Origin: Gemmatimonadota bacterium
GTDB lineage: Bacteria > Gemmatimonadota > Gemmatimonadetes > Palauibacterales > Palauibacteraceae
Assembly: GCA_039588275.1 (NCBI GenBank)
Contig: JBDHAC010000002.1
Coordinates: 21,127 to 85,126 of the forward strand
Length of the DNA: 64,000 nucleotides
Direction of reading: 5' to 3'
Shown here: piece by piece, positions 9,241 to 17,686 of the stretch
Numbering within the stretch: the stretch's first letter is position 1
Layout of the letters: each line of letters opens with the position of its first letter
The notes under the pieces: generated by a model
Database searches by the model: none
The model's input: only the letters and a program-made list of their open reading frames with translations
Told to the model about the DNA's origin: nothing
Program-made: the position numbers and the translations under genes

Positions 9241-11715
9241 CTAGGGAAGCGAGTGCCTCAGCCGCTCCAGGAGAAGGCGCTTGAGCACTTCCGGGTCGGC
9301 GCGGCCGCTCGTCTCGCGCATCCCCTGCCCGACGAAAAAGCCGATCAGACCCTCCTGTCCCGCGCGGTAGCGCGCGGCCTCCTCACGGTGCGCTTCCAGG
9401 AGCCCCTCGACCACCGAGGTGAGCGCGGATGCGTCCGAGATTCTCCCCAAACCCTCTTCCTCCACGATCTCGCGGGGATTACCGCCCTCTTCGAGCATCC
9501 GTTCCAGCACACGCTTCGCCACCGGCTGCGAGATCTCCCCGCCCTCGACGAGTGCCACGAGCGCACCCAACTCCTCACCGCCGAATGGGAGCTCCTGCGG
9601 GGCACGTCCTCCCAGCACGCCGCGTAGCTCGTGGATGATCCAGTTGGCAACCGCACTCGCCGAGACCTCCTCGGTGAGCGCGCGCTCGAAGAGAGCCGCG
9701 GACGCGGGATCCCGCGTCAGAAGATTGGCCGCATCCTCGGCCAGTCCGTGCTCGGCTTGGAAGCGCTGGAACTTCTCTCGCAGCTCGGGTGAGCGCTCGC
9801 GCGCATCGGCGCCGGACCGCGAAAATCGCTTCGAACGCACGCTGCGGGATGGCGCCGTGGGTGCGGGGCCAGCGGTCGATTCGGTCGGCTCCGCGGAGTC
9901 GTACGATTCCGCCGCCCGCCTCCCGGCACGACCCCGGCCTTCGCCGGCGCGCTCGGCCTGACGGCGGCCCCACGTATCGCGCAGCGTGACCGTGCGGTTG
10001 AAGACACGCCGCGCCTCCTCACCGCGTCCCGGGTCGAGCACGAAGTACCCCACGCGCTCGAACTGGTAGTTTGTCCCCGGAGGCGCATCCGCCGCGCTCG
10101 GTTCGGCACGGCTTCCGGTCAGGACCTCGAGCGAGCTCGGATTGAGGTTGTCGTGGAAGTCTTCGACCCCACCTTCGGGATCCGGGTCCGAGAAGAGGCG
10201 ATCGTAGAGTCGCGCCTCGATCGGGATCGACTCCTCCGCCGACACCCAATGGATCGTGCCGCTCACTTTCCGGCCGTCGGGGGCGTTTCCTCCCCTGGTC
10301 GCCGGATCGTACGTGCAGTGCAGCTCGACCACCTCCCCGGTCGCGGGGTCCTTCACGACTTCGTTGCAGGTGATGAAATAGGCGTACCGAAGGCGGACTT
10401 CCCGATCGGGCGCCAGCCGGCGGAATCCTTTCGGGGGATCCTCGCTGAAGTCCTCCCGCTCGATGTAAAGCGTCCGAGAGAAGGGAACGCCCCGCGTCTC
10501 CGGCCACCCGGCGGGTGGATGCTCGACATCGCGGGGGAAGTAGGGCGCGTCCAGGTGTTCCGACTCGCCCTCGGGGTAGTTCTCGATCACGACGCGTAGC
10601 GGACGCATGACACACATCACCCGCGGCGCGACCTGGTTCAGATCGGCGCGGACGGCGGATTCGAGCGTCTCGATGTCGACCCGCTTGTCGGCCTTGGCGA
10701 TGCCCACCTGGGCGGCGAACGCGCGGATCGCCGCAGGCGTGACGCCTCGCCGGCGCATCCCGGCCAACGTCGGCATGCGCGGGTCGTTCCACCCGTCCAC
10801 CCGGCCCTCGTTCACGAGCGTGAGCAGCTTCCGCTTGCTCATCACCGTGTAGGCGAGGTTCACCCGCGCGAACTCGTACTGGCGCGGACGCGGATCCCAC
10901 GATCCCGGCTCCCCCCCTCCTCCCCCACGGGCCTCGGGAATGTCTTCGATCCGCGCCGCGGCCGGTCGCGTGTACTCGACTCCCCAATCGTACAGCTCAC
11001 GGTTGTTCTCGAACTCCAGCGTGCAGAACGAATGCGTGATCCCCTCGATCGCGTCCGACAACCCGTGTGCCCAGTCGTACATCGGGTAGATCGGCCACTC
11101 GTCTCCGGTCCGGTAGTGGTGCGCGTGACGGATCCGATACAGGAGTGGGTCGCGCATCTTCATGTTCGGTGAGGCCATGTCGATCTTGGCACGCAGCACG
11201 TGCGCGCCGTCCTCGAACTCTCCGGCGCGCATGCGGCGGAAGAGGTCCAGGTTCTCATCGACCGATCGGTCGCGGTATGAGCTGGGGGAGCCCGGCGCGG
11301 TCACGGTACCGCGGTGCCGGCGGATCTCCTCTTCCGTTTGGCTGTCGACGTACGCGTGGCCATCCTCCGTGAGGGCGATGGCGAGCTGGTAAAGCGCCTC
11401 GAAGTAGTCGGACGCATAGCGGATCTCGCCCTCCCACTCGAACCCCAGCCAGCGGATGTCCTCGGCGATCGCCTCGACGTAGAGGGGGTCCTCCGTGGTC
11501 GGATTCGTGTCGTCCATGCGGAGCGTGGTGGTCCCGCCGAACTCCTCCGCGACGCCGAAATCGAGGCAGATGGCGGCAGCGTGCCCGATATGCAGGAAGC
11601 CGTTCGGTTCCGGCGGGAAGCGCGTGAGCACGCGTCCCGCGTGGAGCCCGGAGGCGACGTCGCGCGTGACGATCTGGCGTATGAAGTCCTGTTTTCGCGT
11701 CGAGCTGGAGCTCAT
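9241..11715 (-). CDS. glnS: glutaminyl-tRNA synthetase fused to a C-terminal YqeY/GatB-C-like domain
   Basis: The N-terminal 560 aa are a typical GlnRS ([17 protein letters not shown] = HIGH motif; VMSKRK = KMSKS). A low-complexity linker follows ([24 protein letters not shown]...). The last ~150 aa ([19 protein letters not shown]...[13 protein letters not shown]...[29 protein letters not shown]...[24 protein letters not shown]) look like the GatB/YqeY tail domain. Confidence 0.9.
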   Translation of the reverse strand: MSSSSTRKQDFIRQIVTRDVASGLHAGRVLTRFPPEPNGFLHIGHAAAICLDFGVAEEFGGTTTLRMDDTNPTTEDPLYVEAIAEDIRWLGFEWEGEIRYASDYFEALYQLAIALTEDGHAYVDSQTEEEIRRHRGTVTAPGSPSSYRDRSVDENLDLFRRMRAGEFEDGAHVLRAKIDMASPNMKMRDPLLYRIRHAHHYRTGDEWPIYPMYDWAHGLSDAIEGITHSFCTLEFENNRELYDWGVEYTRPAAARIEDIPEARGGGGGEPGSWDPRPRQYEFARVNLAYTVMSKRKLLTLVNEGRVDGWNDPRMPTLAGMRRRGVTPAAIRAFAAQVGIAKADKRVDIETLESAVRADLNQVAPRVMCVMRPLRVVIENYPEGESEHLDAPYFPRDVEHPPAGWPETRGVPFSRTLYIEREDFSEDPPKGFRRLAPDREVRLRYAYFITCNEVVKDPATGEVVELHCTYDPATRGGNAPDGRKVSGTIHWVSAEESIPIEARLYDRLFSDPDPEGGVEDFHDNLNPSSLEVLTGSRAEPSAADAPPGTNYQFERVGYFVLDPGRGEEARRVFNRTVTLRDTWGRRQAERAGEGRGRAGRRAAESYDSAEPTESTAGPAPTAPSRSVRSKRFSRSGADARERSPELREKFQRFQAEHGLAEDAANLLTRDPASAALFERALTEEVSASAVANWIIHELRGVLGGRAPQELPFGGEELGALVALVEGGEISQPVAKRVLERMLEEGGNPREIVEEEGLGRISDASALTSVVEGLLEAHREEAARYRAGQEGLIGFFVGQGMRETSGRADPEVLKRLLLERLRHSLP

Positions 11716-11849
11716 CGGTTCACGTGTCAGCCGGCCGGGGATCGAAAGCGCCCGCCGTGTACGGACGCGCAGCCCCGTCGATGTCGAAAACCGACATCGA
11801 CACCAACGTCGAACATAGCGCGCGAACTCGGATCACGCCGTCCACGGAT

Positions 11850-11883
11850 GCAAAACGGTGCGGAGGGTCCCTCCGCACCGTTC
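11850..11883 (-). terminator. intrinsic terminator downstream of the GlsB/YmgE-like gene
   Basis: Near-perfect inverted repeat AACGGTGCGGAGGG / CCCTCCGCACCGTT (11854-11882). On the minus strand it is followed by a TTTTG tract, about 75 nt after the stop at 11959. Confidence 0.7.
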
Positions 11884-11958
11884 ATCGAGGTATCGCTCGT
11901 GCGGGCGCTCGAGCAAGCCGCGCCCGCCACCTCTAAGCCGGCCGCGCTCCGCGGCCTG

Positions 11959-12210
11959 CTAGGTCGACTTCATCTTCCGGTAGGCCCACAGCAGGATCAG
12001 GGCACCACCGACCGCGATCAGGAAGCTCCCGATGTTGAATCCGGTGACCGTTCCGAGTCCGAGGAGCGAACCGATGAAACCGCCGATCAAGGCGCCGGCG
12101 ATGCCGATGAGCATGGTCACGAACACGCCGCCGGGGTCCTGGCCCGGCATGATCTTCTTGGCAACCGCTCCCGCGATCAGGCCAAAGAGGGCCCAGGAAA
12201 GGATACCCAT
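11959..12210 (-). CDS. GlsB/YeaQ/YmgE family (transglycosylase-associated) small membrane stress protein
   Basis: 83 aa: MGILSWALFGLIAGAVAKKIMPGQDPGGVFVTMLIGIAGALIGGFIGSLLGLG. This is the characteristic glycine-zipper sequence of the family. Confidence 0.85.
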   Translation of the reverse strand: MGILSWALFGLIAGAVAKKIMPGQDPGGVFVTMLIGIAGALIGGFIGSLLGLGTVTGFNIGSFLIAVGGALILLWAYRKMKST

Positions 12211-12283
12211 GGCTTCGCCTCCCTATGCGTTGAACGTTATGAGGGCCGTTCTCACATAGTTACGGAGCCCGGGGCGTGCAAGA

Positions 12284-12344
12284 TTCGACCGATGGTTCGA
12301 CCGCAGGTTCGACCGCATATTCGACCGCACAGTTGACCGCACAG
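12284..12344. repeat. five tandem copies of a 12-nt unit (TTCGACCGCAnn)
   Basis: Units start at 12284, 12296, 12308, 12320 and 12333: TTCGACCGATGG, TTCGACCGCAGG, TTCGACCGCATA, TTCGACCGCACAG, TTGACCGCACAG. The array ends 11 nt before the ATG at 12356 and lies in the divergent intergenic region between 12210 and 12356. Confidence 0.9.
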
Positions 12345-12355
12345 TCGCAGCACGA

Positions 12356-13504
12356 ATGACCGTAAGCGTCTTCCGCCGTTACCTGTTGCCCGGGTTCGTG
12401 TTTCAGTCCGTCGTCATCGCGGGTGGGTACGGCACCGGGCGGGAGATCGTCGAGTTCTTCCTCACGCTCGGCCCGATCCGCGGACTCCTCGCGATGGTTC
12501 TCGTCACGATGACGGTTTGGAGCCTGGTTGCCGCAGTCAGTTACGAGCTCGCGCGCAGGTTTCAGACGTACGAGTACCGGAGCTTCTTCCGCCGGCTCCT
12601 GGGGCGGGGCTGGATCAGCTTCGAGCTCAGCTACGCGGCGTTGTTGCTGCTCGTGCTGGCTGTGATCGGCGCCGCGGCGGGCTCCATCGTCGAGGAGACG
12701 TTCGGCCTCCCGTACTCGATCGGGGTGATCGGAGTCCTGCTCGCGGTGGGCGCTCTCGTGTTCTTCGGGAGCGCGGCGATCGAGCGCGTGATGTCAGGCT
12801 GGTCGGTGGTCCTGTACATCGTCTACGCGATCCTGATGGTGTGGAGCTTCCGCCGGTTCGGCCCGCAGATCGGCGAGGCATTCGCGATCCGTCCTGACGT
12901 CTGGGCGACGCGTGAGTGGGTGATCGGCGGCGTTCGGTACGCCGCCTACAACCTGGCCCTGGTCCCCGTGGTCCTCTTCGCGGTGCGCCACATCCGCACG
13001 CGCCGCGAGGCCCTCTCGGCCGGTCTGTTGACCGGCATCATCGGAATCGTGCCCGCCGTCCTGTTCTACACGGCCATGGCCGGACACTATCCGGAGATCC
13101 TCGTCCGGCCGATCCCCGCCAATCACCTCCTGGAGCAATTGGGCTCCCGTCCGTTTCAGCTGGCCTTCCAACTCGTCCTGTTCGGTACGTTGATCGAGAC
13201 GGGAACGGGGATGATCCATGCCGTGAACGAGCGGTTGGCGGGGGCGTTCGGCGAGCGCGGCCTCGCCTTGCCACGGCTCGTGCGACCGGCGACTGCGCTG
13301 ATCCTGTTGGGGTGCGCGTTGCTCCTGACCCGCTTCGGGCTCGTGGACCTGATCGCGAAGGGCTACGGCACTCTGACGTGGTTCTTCCTCGCGATCTACG
13401 TGATCCCGGTGCTCACGATCGGGATCTGGAAGCTCGCGCGTGTCCCGGATTGGGCGGCTTCCTTCGATGCGCCCTACGACGGCGGGGCGGACGAGCCTTC
13501 CTAG
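12356..13504 (+). CDS. YkvI-family polytopic membrane protein (putative transporter)
   Basis: 382-aa hydrophobic ORF. The N-terminal VIAGGYGTGREIVEFF resembles the GxGFxxGxEIxxFF signature I associate with YkvI-type membrane proteins. Confidence 0.6.
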   Translation: MTVSVFRRYLLPGFVFQSVVIAGGYGTGREIVEFFLTLGPIRGLLAMVLVTMTVWSLVAAVSYELARRFQTYEYRSFFRRLLGRGWISFELSYAALLLLVLAVIGAAAGSIVEETFGLPYSIGVIGVLLAVGALVFFGSAAIERVMSGWSVVLYIVYAILMVWSFRRFGPQIGEAFAIRPDVWATREWVIGGVRYAAYNLALVPVVLFAVRHIRTRREALSAGLLTGIIGIVPAVLFYTAMAGHYPEILVRPIPANHLLEQLGSRPFQLAFQLVLFGTLIETGTGMIHAVNERLAGAFGERGLALPRLVRPATALILLGCALLLTRFGLVDLIAKGYGTLTWFFLAIYVIPVLTIGIWKLARVPDWAASFDAPYDGGADEPS

Positions 13505-13525
13505 CTCGAGTCGGCCGGGCCGACC

Positions 13526-13864
13526 CTATCCCACCTCGCCGATCACCAGGTACGAGATCTCCCGGATGAAGGCCGGCCCCTCCGAGTCCCACTCGATGAC
13601 CAGCGAGTCCTGGTCGATTTGGTCGTCGATGTTGAGCGCTCGGTCGGTTTTCACGATCCCGGCGTCCGCGACGATCGAGAGCTGTCGGATCGCTACGTGC
13701 TTGCAGGGCGCGCCGACGTACGGGCCCGAGGCGCCGCTCGCCTCCATCTCCGCCACGCGAACGGGCTCATCGGCTTCCGCCTCGTGCGGGTCGAACCGGA
13801 TCGTGACGCTCCCTCGACGCACGTCGCGTGTGAAGACCACACCGCTCAGGGCTCGGATCGCCAT
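13526..13864 (-). CDS. hypothetical soluble protein (112 aa)
   Basis: ATG at 13864 lies 2 nt after the stop of the upstream gene. Composition is balanced (MAIRALSGVVFTRDVRRGSVTIRFDPHEAEADEPVRV...LVIEWDSEGPAFIREISYLVIGEVG). The 281-aa ORF on the track is an artefactual 5' extension. I do not recognise a family. Confidence 0.5.
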   Translation of the reverse strand: MAIRALSGVVFTRDVRRGSVTIRFDPHEAEADEPVRVAEMEASGASGPYVGAPCKHVAIRQLSIVADAGIVKTDRALNIDDQIDQDSLVIEWDSEGPAFIREISYLVIGEVG

Positions 13865-13866
13865 CG

Positions 13867-14304
13867 CTAACCTCCGTCGTCGTTCGCGTCGCCGCGCATG
13901 AGCGCCGCGATTCGTTCCTGGTTGCGATAGAAGCTGATCACGAGCATGGATCCCGACAAGACGACGTTGAACAGCTGCGCGGGCCCGAACGGCACTGAGA
14001 CATCCGCGCCTTCGGCGACGAGCGCCGGTAAGGTGAAGATCGGCAGGAGCACCGAGAGGACCAGCAGCAGCAGGTTCACGGAGCTCTCCGCAAGCCCGAT
14101 GAACGGGGTCAGGTGCGGGCGCCAGCGCGCCAGGAGCCCGCACCCCATCGCGAAGGCGTAGTACACGAGACGCCAGCCCGGATCGGGGAGAGCAGCCGCT
14201 CGTATGGGGGCGTGAAGCGCGACGTCCAGCACCCAGAAGATAGGCGTACCCAGGTAGTACGCCTGGATGAGGGCATCGCGCGTGCTGCCGGCCCCCCGCT
14301 TCAC
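13867..14304 (-). CDS. hypothetical membrane protein (145 aa)
   Basis: Several hydrophobic segments (YYLGTPIFWVLDVAL, LVYYAFAMGCGLLA, VNLLLLVLSVLLPIFTLPALV, LFNVVLSGSMLVISF). The start overlaps the stop of the MscS gene by 4 nt. Confidence 0.55.
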   Translation of the reverse strand: MKRGAGSTRDALIQAYYLGTPIFWVLDVALHAPIRAAALPDPGWRLVYYAFAMGCGLLARWRPHLTPFIGLAESSVNLLLLVLSVLLPIFTLPALVAEGADVSVPFGPAQLFNVVLSGSMLVISFYRNQERIAALMRGDANDDGG

Positions 14305-15134
14305 GCCACGTCGGAGCTGGAGAACAGGTGCACATCGTGCTGCGGGAACGGAATCGAGCAGCCGGCTGCATCCAGCGCCTCCTTCACGCGGCGCGTTGCC
14401 TCCCAGCGCACGTCCCAGTAGTCGTCCGCGTTACACCAGGGTCGCGCCACGAAGTTCACCGAGGAGTCCGCGAGCTCGTGCACGGCAACCACCGGTGCGG
14501 GCTCGGCGAGCACGCCGGGGGACTCGGTCAGCGTGCGTTCGATCGTGGTACGGGCGAGCGCTAGATCGTCATCGTAGGCGACCCCGATCACCAGGTCGAT
14601 CCTTCGGGTGTCGTTTCCATCGTAGTTCTTGATGATCTGGCCGAAGACCTCGGCGTTGGGCACGACGACGCGAACGTTGTCGACCGTGCTCAGGATCGTC
14701 GAAAAGATGCCGATCTCTTCGACTTTCCCGGCCACGCCGGCCACTTCCACCAGGTTGCCGAGCTTGAAGGGCCGAAAGATCAACAGCATCACGCCGGCGG
14801 CGAAGTTGGACAGCGTGCCCTGCAACGCCAGCCCCACGGCAAGCCCCGCGGCGCCCAGCACCGCCACGAACGACGCCGTCGGGATCCCGAACAGACCGAG
14901 GACGGCGACCAGCACCAGAATGATCGCCAGCCAGTACGTGATACCAGAGAGGAACGGGAGGAGCGCCGCGTCGGCCTCCTGCCGGGCGAGGACCCGGCTC
15001 ACCCCCTTTCGGAGCGCCCTGGCGATCGCGCGTCCGATCACGAGAACTGCCAGCGCGCCGATGACGCGCAAACCCCACGTTGTGACCAGCCCACCGATTT
15101 GCTCGAGTATCGAGCTGATGTCGATCGAATCCAT
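14301..15134 (-). CDS. mscS: small-conductance mechanosensitive channel (MscS family)
   Basis: 277 aa with three N-terminal TM helices. The conserved pore and beta-domain region is GAAGLAVGLALQGTLSNFAAGVMLLIFRPFKLGNLVEVAGVAGKVEEIGIFSTIL. Confidence 0.9.
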   Translation of the reverse strand: MDSIDISSILEQIGGLVTTWGLRVIGALAVLVIGRAIARALRKGVSRVLARQEADAALLPFLSGITYWLAIILVLVAVLGLFGIPTASFVAVLGAAGLAVGLALQGTLSNFAAGVMLLIFRPFKLGNLVEVAGVAGKVEEIGIFSTILSTVDNVRVVVPNAEVFGQIIKNYDGNDTRRIDLVIGVAYDDDLALARTTIERTLTESPGVLAEPAPVVAVHELADSSVNFVARPWCNADDYWDVRWEATRRVKEALDAAGCSIPFPQHDVHLFSSSDVA

Positions 15135-15302
15135 GTACCCCCCGTTCCGAGCCGGCCTGCGCCGTATGGGACCTCCTGCTGTCGGGGCCGTGCTATCCGG
15201 ACCCGGCGGCGTGCGGGGGAAGTCTACTCGGTCGAAGGAGGCGCGGGCAAAAGACCCATGTCGAGGCGTGGTTTCAGGGGTGGGCGGGAACGGGCGGGGT
15301 GC

Positions 15303-15344
15303 TAAAAGACGACGGGCCGACGCTCTCCAGAGGGCCGGCCCGTC
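15303..15344 (-). terminator. intrinsic terminator after the small ORF 15384-15563
   Basis: Inverted repeat GACGGGCCG (15311-15319) / CGGCCCGTC (15336-15344). On the minus strand it is followed by GUCUUUUAG. Confidence 0.6.
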
Positions 15345-15383
15345 AGGCCAAACAGGGCGGTTCCGACCGCCGGCGGCGGACCG

Positions 15384-15563
15384 CTAACATTGGTCGGGTA
15401 CCTGGGGCGTCGCCATCACCTCGGCTGCCGGTACCGTGAGCCCTACCTCGTCGGCTCCGAGCTGTGCCACTACATCGGCGTGCGTTCCGAGAATCACGAA
15501 CGAAGCCAACAACAGCCAAAGCAACGACGCCGCGATCGCCAGTCTACTCTGTTTCTCCGACAT
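15384..15563 (-). CDS. small exported or membrane peptide (59 aa), hypothetical
   Basis: MSEKQSRLAIAASLLWLLLASFVILGTHADVVAQLGADEV...PQVPDQC has one hydrophobic N-terminal segment. GAGG sits about 9 nt upstream of the ATG at 15563 (the ORF-track start is 15572). It has its own downstream terminator. Confidence 0.35.
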   Translation of the reverse strand: MSEKQSRLAIAASLLWLLLASFVILGTHADVVAQLGADEVGLTVPAAEVMATPQVPDQC

Positions 15564-15848
15564 CTCCCACATCCTCGTCTATCAAGAACGGCGCCGAGTG
15601 CCCGGGCCGATCGGTTGTTTCTTCGCCTTTAAGAACGAATCTGGCGTCCTGAAAGTTTCGCTACCTCCGTCTCTCGATATGTATAGATGCATCGTATGTC
15701 CGCAGGGTTGCTCGGCAGCGACGGATCGAGTCGCGCGTCGGTGGCGCTCATCGCTCGGAAGGGTTACCTGTAGCGGCGATTCGCCCCCGTTCAGACTGGC
15801 TCGCGCCGGTCGGCCAGGACGACATCGTCACCTCCGCCCGGAGTCCGT

Positions 15849-16613
15849 ATGGCCCAGGTTTGGCCGGAACTCACGCTGCTTTTTGCGGTCGGGACGGTCG
15901 CGGGAGCGCTGAACGTGATCGCGGGCGGCGGATCGCTCCTCGCTCTGCCCGTGATGATCTTCCTCGGGCTCACGCCGACGGTGGCCAACGGCACGAATCG
16001 GGTCGCCATCCTGATCCAGAACATCGCCGCTGTTTGGCGTTTCCACCGGCACCGGATCATCGATTGGCGGTGGCTCGGGTTGGCGGCGGTTCCGGCCATT
16101 CTCGGAGCCGCTCTGGGCACTTGGGCCGCCGTGGAGATCGGTGACGCCGCGTTCCGGCGTGTGCTGGCGGGGATCATGATCGCGGTGGCGCTGTGGACGT
16201 TATGGGATCCGCTACGCCGGAGACCCGTCGGCGACTCGCTCGACGCTGTCGAGTCGCGACGCGGCCGGCTGGGCCTCGGCGCCGCGTTTTTCGCCGTAGG
16301 GGTCTATGGAGGCTTCGTGCAGGCGGGGATCGGCTTTCTGATCCTCGCCGTGGTCACGCTCGCCGGCATGAACCTTGTGCGCGGCAACGCCCTCAAGGTG
16401 TTGCTGGTGCTCGCTTACACACCCATCGCCCTGGCGTTGTTCGCGGCGAGCGGCAAGGTGGATTGGGGGATGGGCGTCGCCCTCGGCGCCGGGAATTTCC
16501 TCGGTGCCTTCATCGGCGTGCGTTTGACCGTGCTGAAGGGTCACGCCTGGATCAAGCGCGTGGTGACGCTGACCGTGATCGCGTTCGCTATCCGGCTTTG
16601 GTTCTGGGACTAA
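15849..16613 (+). CDS. TauE/SafE family sulfite-exporter-like membrane protein
   Basis: 254 aa. GTVAGALNVIAGGGSLLALPVMIFLGLTPTVANGTNRVAIL is the typical TauE/SafE N-terminal signature, and the second half repeats the pattern. Confidence 0.85.
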   Translation: MAQVWPELTLLFAVGTVAGALNVIAGGGSLLALPVMIFLGLTPTVANGTNRVAILIQNIAAVWRFHRHRIIDWRWLGLAAVPAILGAALGTWAAVEIGDAAFRRVLAGIMIAVALWTLWDPLRRRPVGDSLDAVESRRGRLGLGAAFFAVGVYGGFVQAGIGFLILAVVTLAGMNLVRGNALKVLLVLAYTPIALALFAASGKVDWGMGVALGAGNFLGAFIGVRLTVLKGHAWIKRVVTLTVIAFAIRLWFWD

Positions 16614-17686
16614 CGACTCGAGGTCTCGACCGCCTCCACCCCCGCCGTGATCAACTCCCACTGAAGCGTCATCTGGTCCTTCACCGGCATAGGGCGGGCG
16701 CCTGCCGTCGCAGCCTCCTCGCGAACGCCTTGGGCCGACTCGCCACTCGCCAACGCCTCTCTCCAGCTCTCTATCATCGTTCTCCATCGCTCCGCCGCCG
16801 GATCGGGCGGCCCTAGACGCTCTCCCACACCGGGGATCAGGAACAGGGGCATCTCGGATACCAGTGTCAGGGCATCCCCCCCGAGCGCGCCGGCGAGCGA
16901 GCGAACGGTCTCCATCGAGCTGGGGCGAAACAGCCGTGCCGTCTCCAGGTCGCCACGCTCCTCGAAGTACGCCCGCATGGCGCCCGAGTCGGGGCGCGTG
17001 CAGAAGCCGCGCTCGATCCGCTCGAAGCCCTTCTCCCCCAGCCGCTCTACATCGTGCAACCGGTAGCCGAGCGCGCGGGTTCGGTCGCGACACCGCGCCA
17101 TGAGCGCCGTACAGCGGGACACCCAGGCGCGATCCAGGAGGAACCACGGTCCCGCCGCGACCGCCATCCCGTGCAGCGACACGTGCAGCGAGAACGGACC
17201 CGCGGCCGTGGACCACCAGTCGTAGACGCACCGATTCTCGGGACGGGCACCGGCATCGCGCGCGTCTCGTGGGAACCCGAACTCGATATCGTCTCCCGGC
17301 AGCTCGCGCACAGCCGCCCTCAAGTAGGAGGCGAGATCGTACGACTCGGGCTCCGCCGTTTGCCAGGCACGATTGCGCGCCTCGCCGTCCGGGTTGATGT
17401 GCGGAACGATCCACCATTCCAAATCGGCGACCAGCGGATCCTCGGGGTCGAGCGACGCCAGGTACGCGACGAGTTGTCGAAGAAGGCGCGGGCCTACGGG
17501 CTCATCCGCGTGACAACCCGCCAGGAGGCTGACCCGCGGTGCACCGCGACCGGCCTGCCCGAATCCGTAAGCGTGGACCGGGCGTCCCTCGCGCGAGCGA
17601 CCGAGCACGATCGCCGCGTCGTCCCCACCGGCACCTGCCCCGAGGATGGCGGCCAGACGGGCCTCGAGCTCCGTGTGGAGGGTCAT
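16610..17686 (-). CDS. M14-family zinc carboxypeptidase-like protein
   Basis: The HxxE zinc motif sits in SLLAGCHADEPVG. WWIVPHINPDGEARN and a later histidine context (SLHVSLHGMA) also fit the M14 / succinylglutamate-desuccinylase fold. Its stop overlaps the TauE stop convergently. Confidence 0.7.
   Translation of the reverse strand: MTLHTELEARLAAILGAGAGGDDAAIVLGRSREGRPVHAYGFGQAGRGAPRVSLLAGCHADEPVGPRLLRQLVAYLASLDPEDPLVADLEWWIVPHINPDGEARNRAWQTAEPESYDLASYLRAAVRELPGDDIEFGFPRDARDAGARPENRCVYDWWSTAAGPFSLHVSLHGMAVAAGPWFLLDRAWVSRCTALMARCRDRTRALGYRLHDVERLGEKGFERIERGFCTRPDSGAMRAYFEERGDLETARLFRPSSMETVRSLAGALGGDALTLVSEMPLFLIPGVGERLGPPDPAAERWRTMIESWREALASGESAQGVREEAATAGARPMPVKDQMTLQWELITAGVEAVETSSR

Noticed and set aside
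12284-12344. CRISPR array
   Set aside because: The repeat unit is only 12 nt with no unique spacers between copies, and there are no cas genes. It is a simple tandem repeat, not a CRISPR array.
13526-14371. 281-aa minus-strand ORF treated as one gene
   Set aside because: Its first 170 codons are Arg/Ala/Pro-rich and overlap, in another frame, the credible 145-aa membrane protein (13867-14304). Only the last 112 codons, from ATG 13864, look coding.
15573-15700. SAM-I / SAM-IV-like riboswitch upstream of the TauE/SafE gene. It starts CGUCUAUCAAGAACGGCGCCGAGUGCCC..., and a potential P1 partner AUAGAUG lies ~110 nt downstream
   Set aside because: The invariant GGCAACC junction and the GGUGCCAA-type P3/P4 elements are absent, so the resemblance is limited to the first ~25 nt. 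It is more likely a divergent promoter region.
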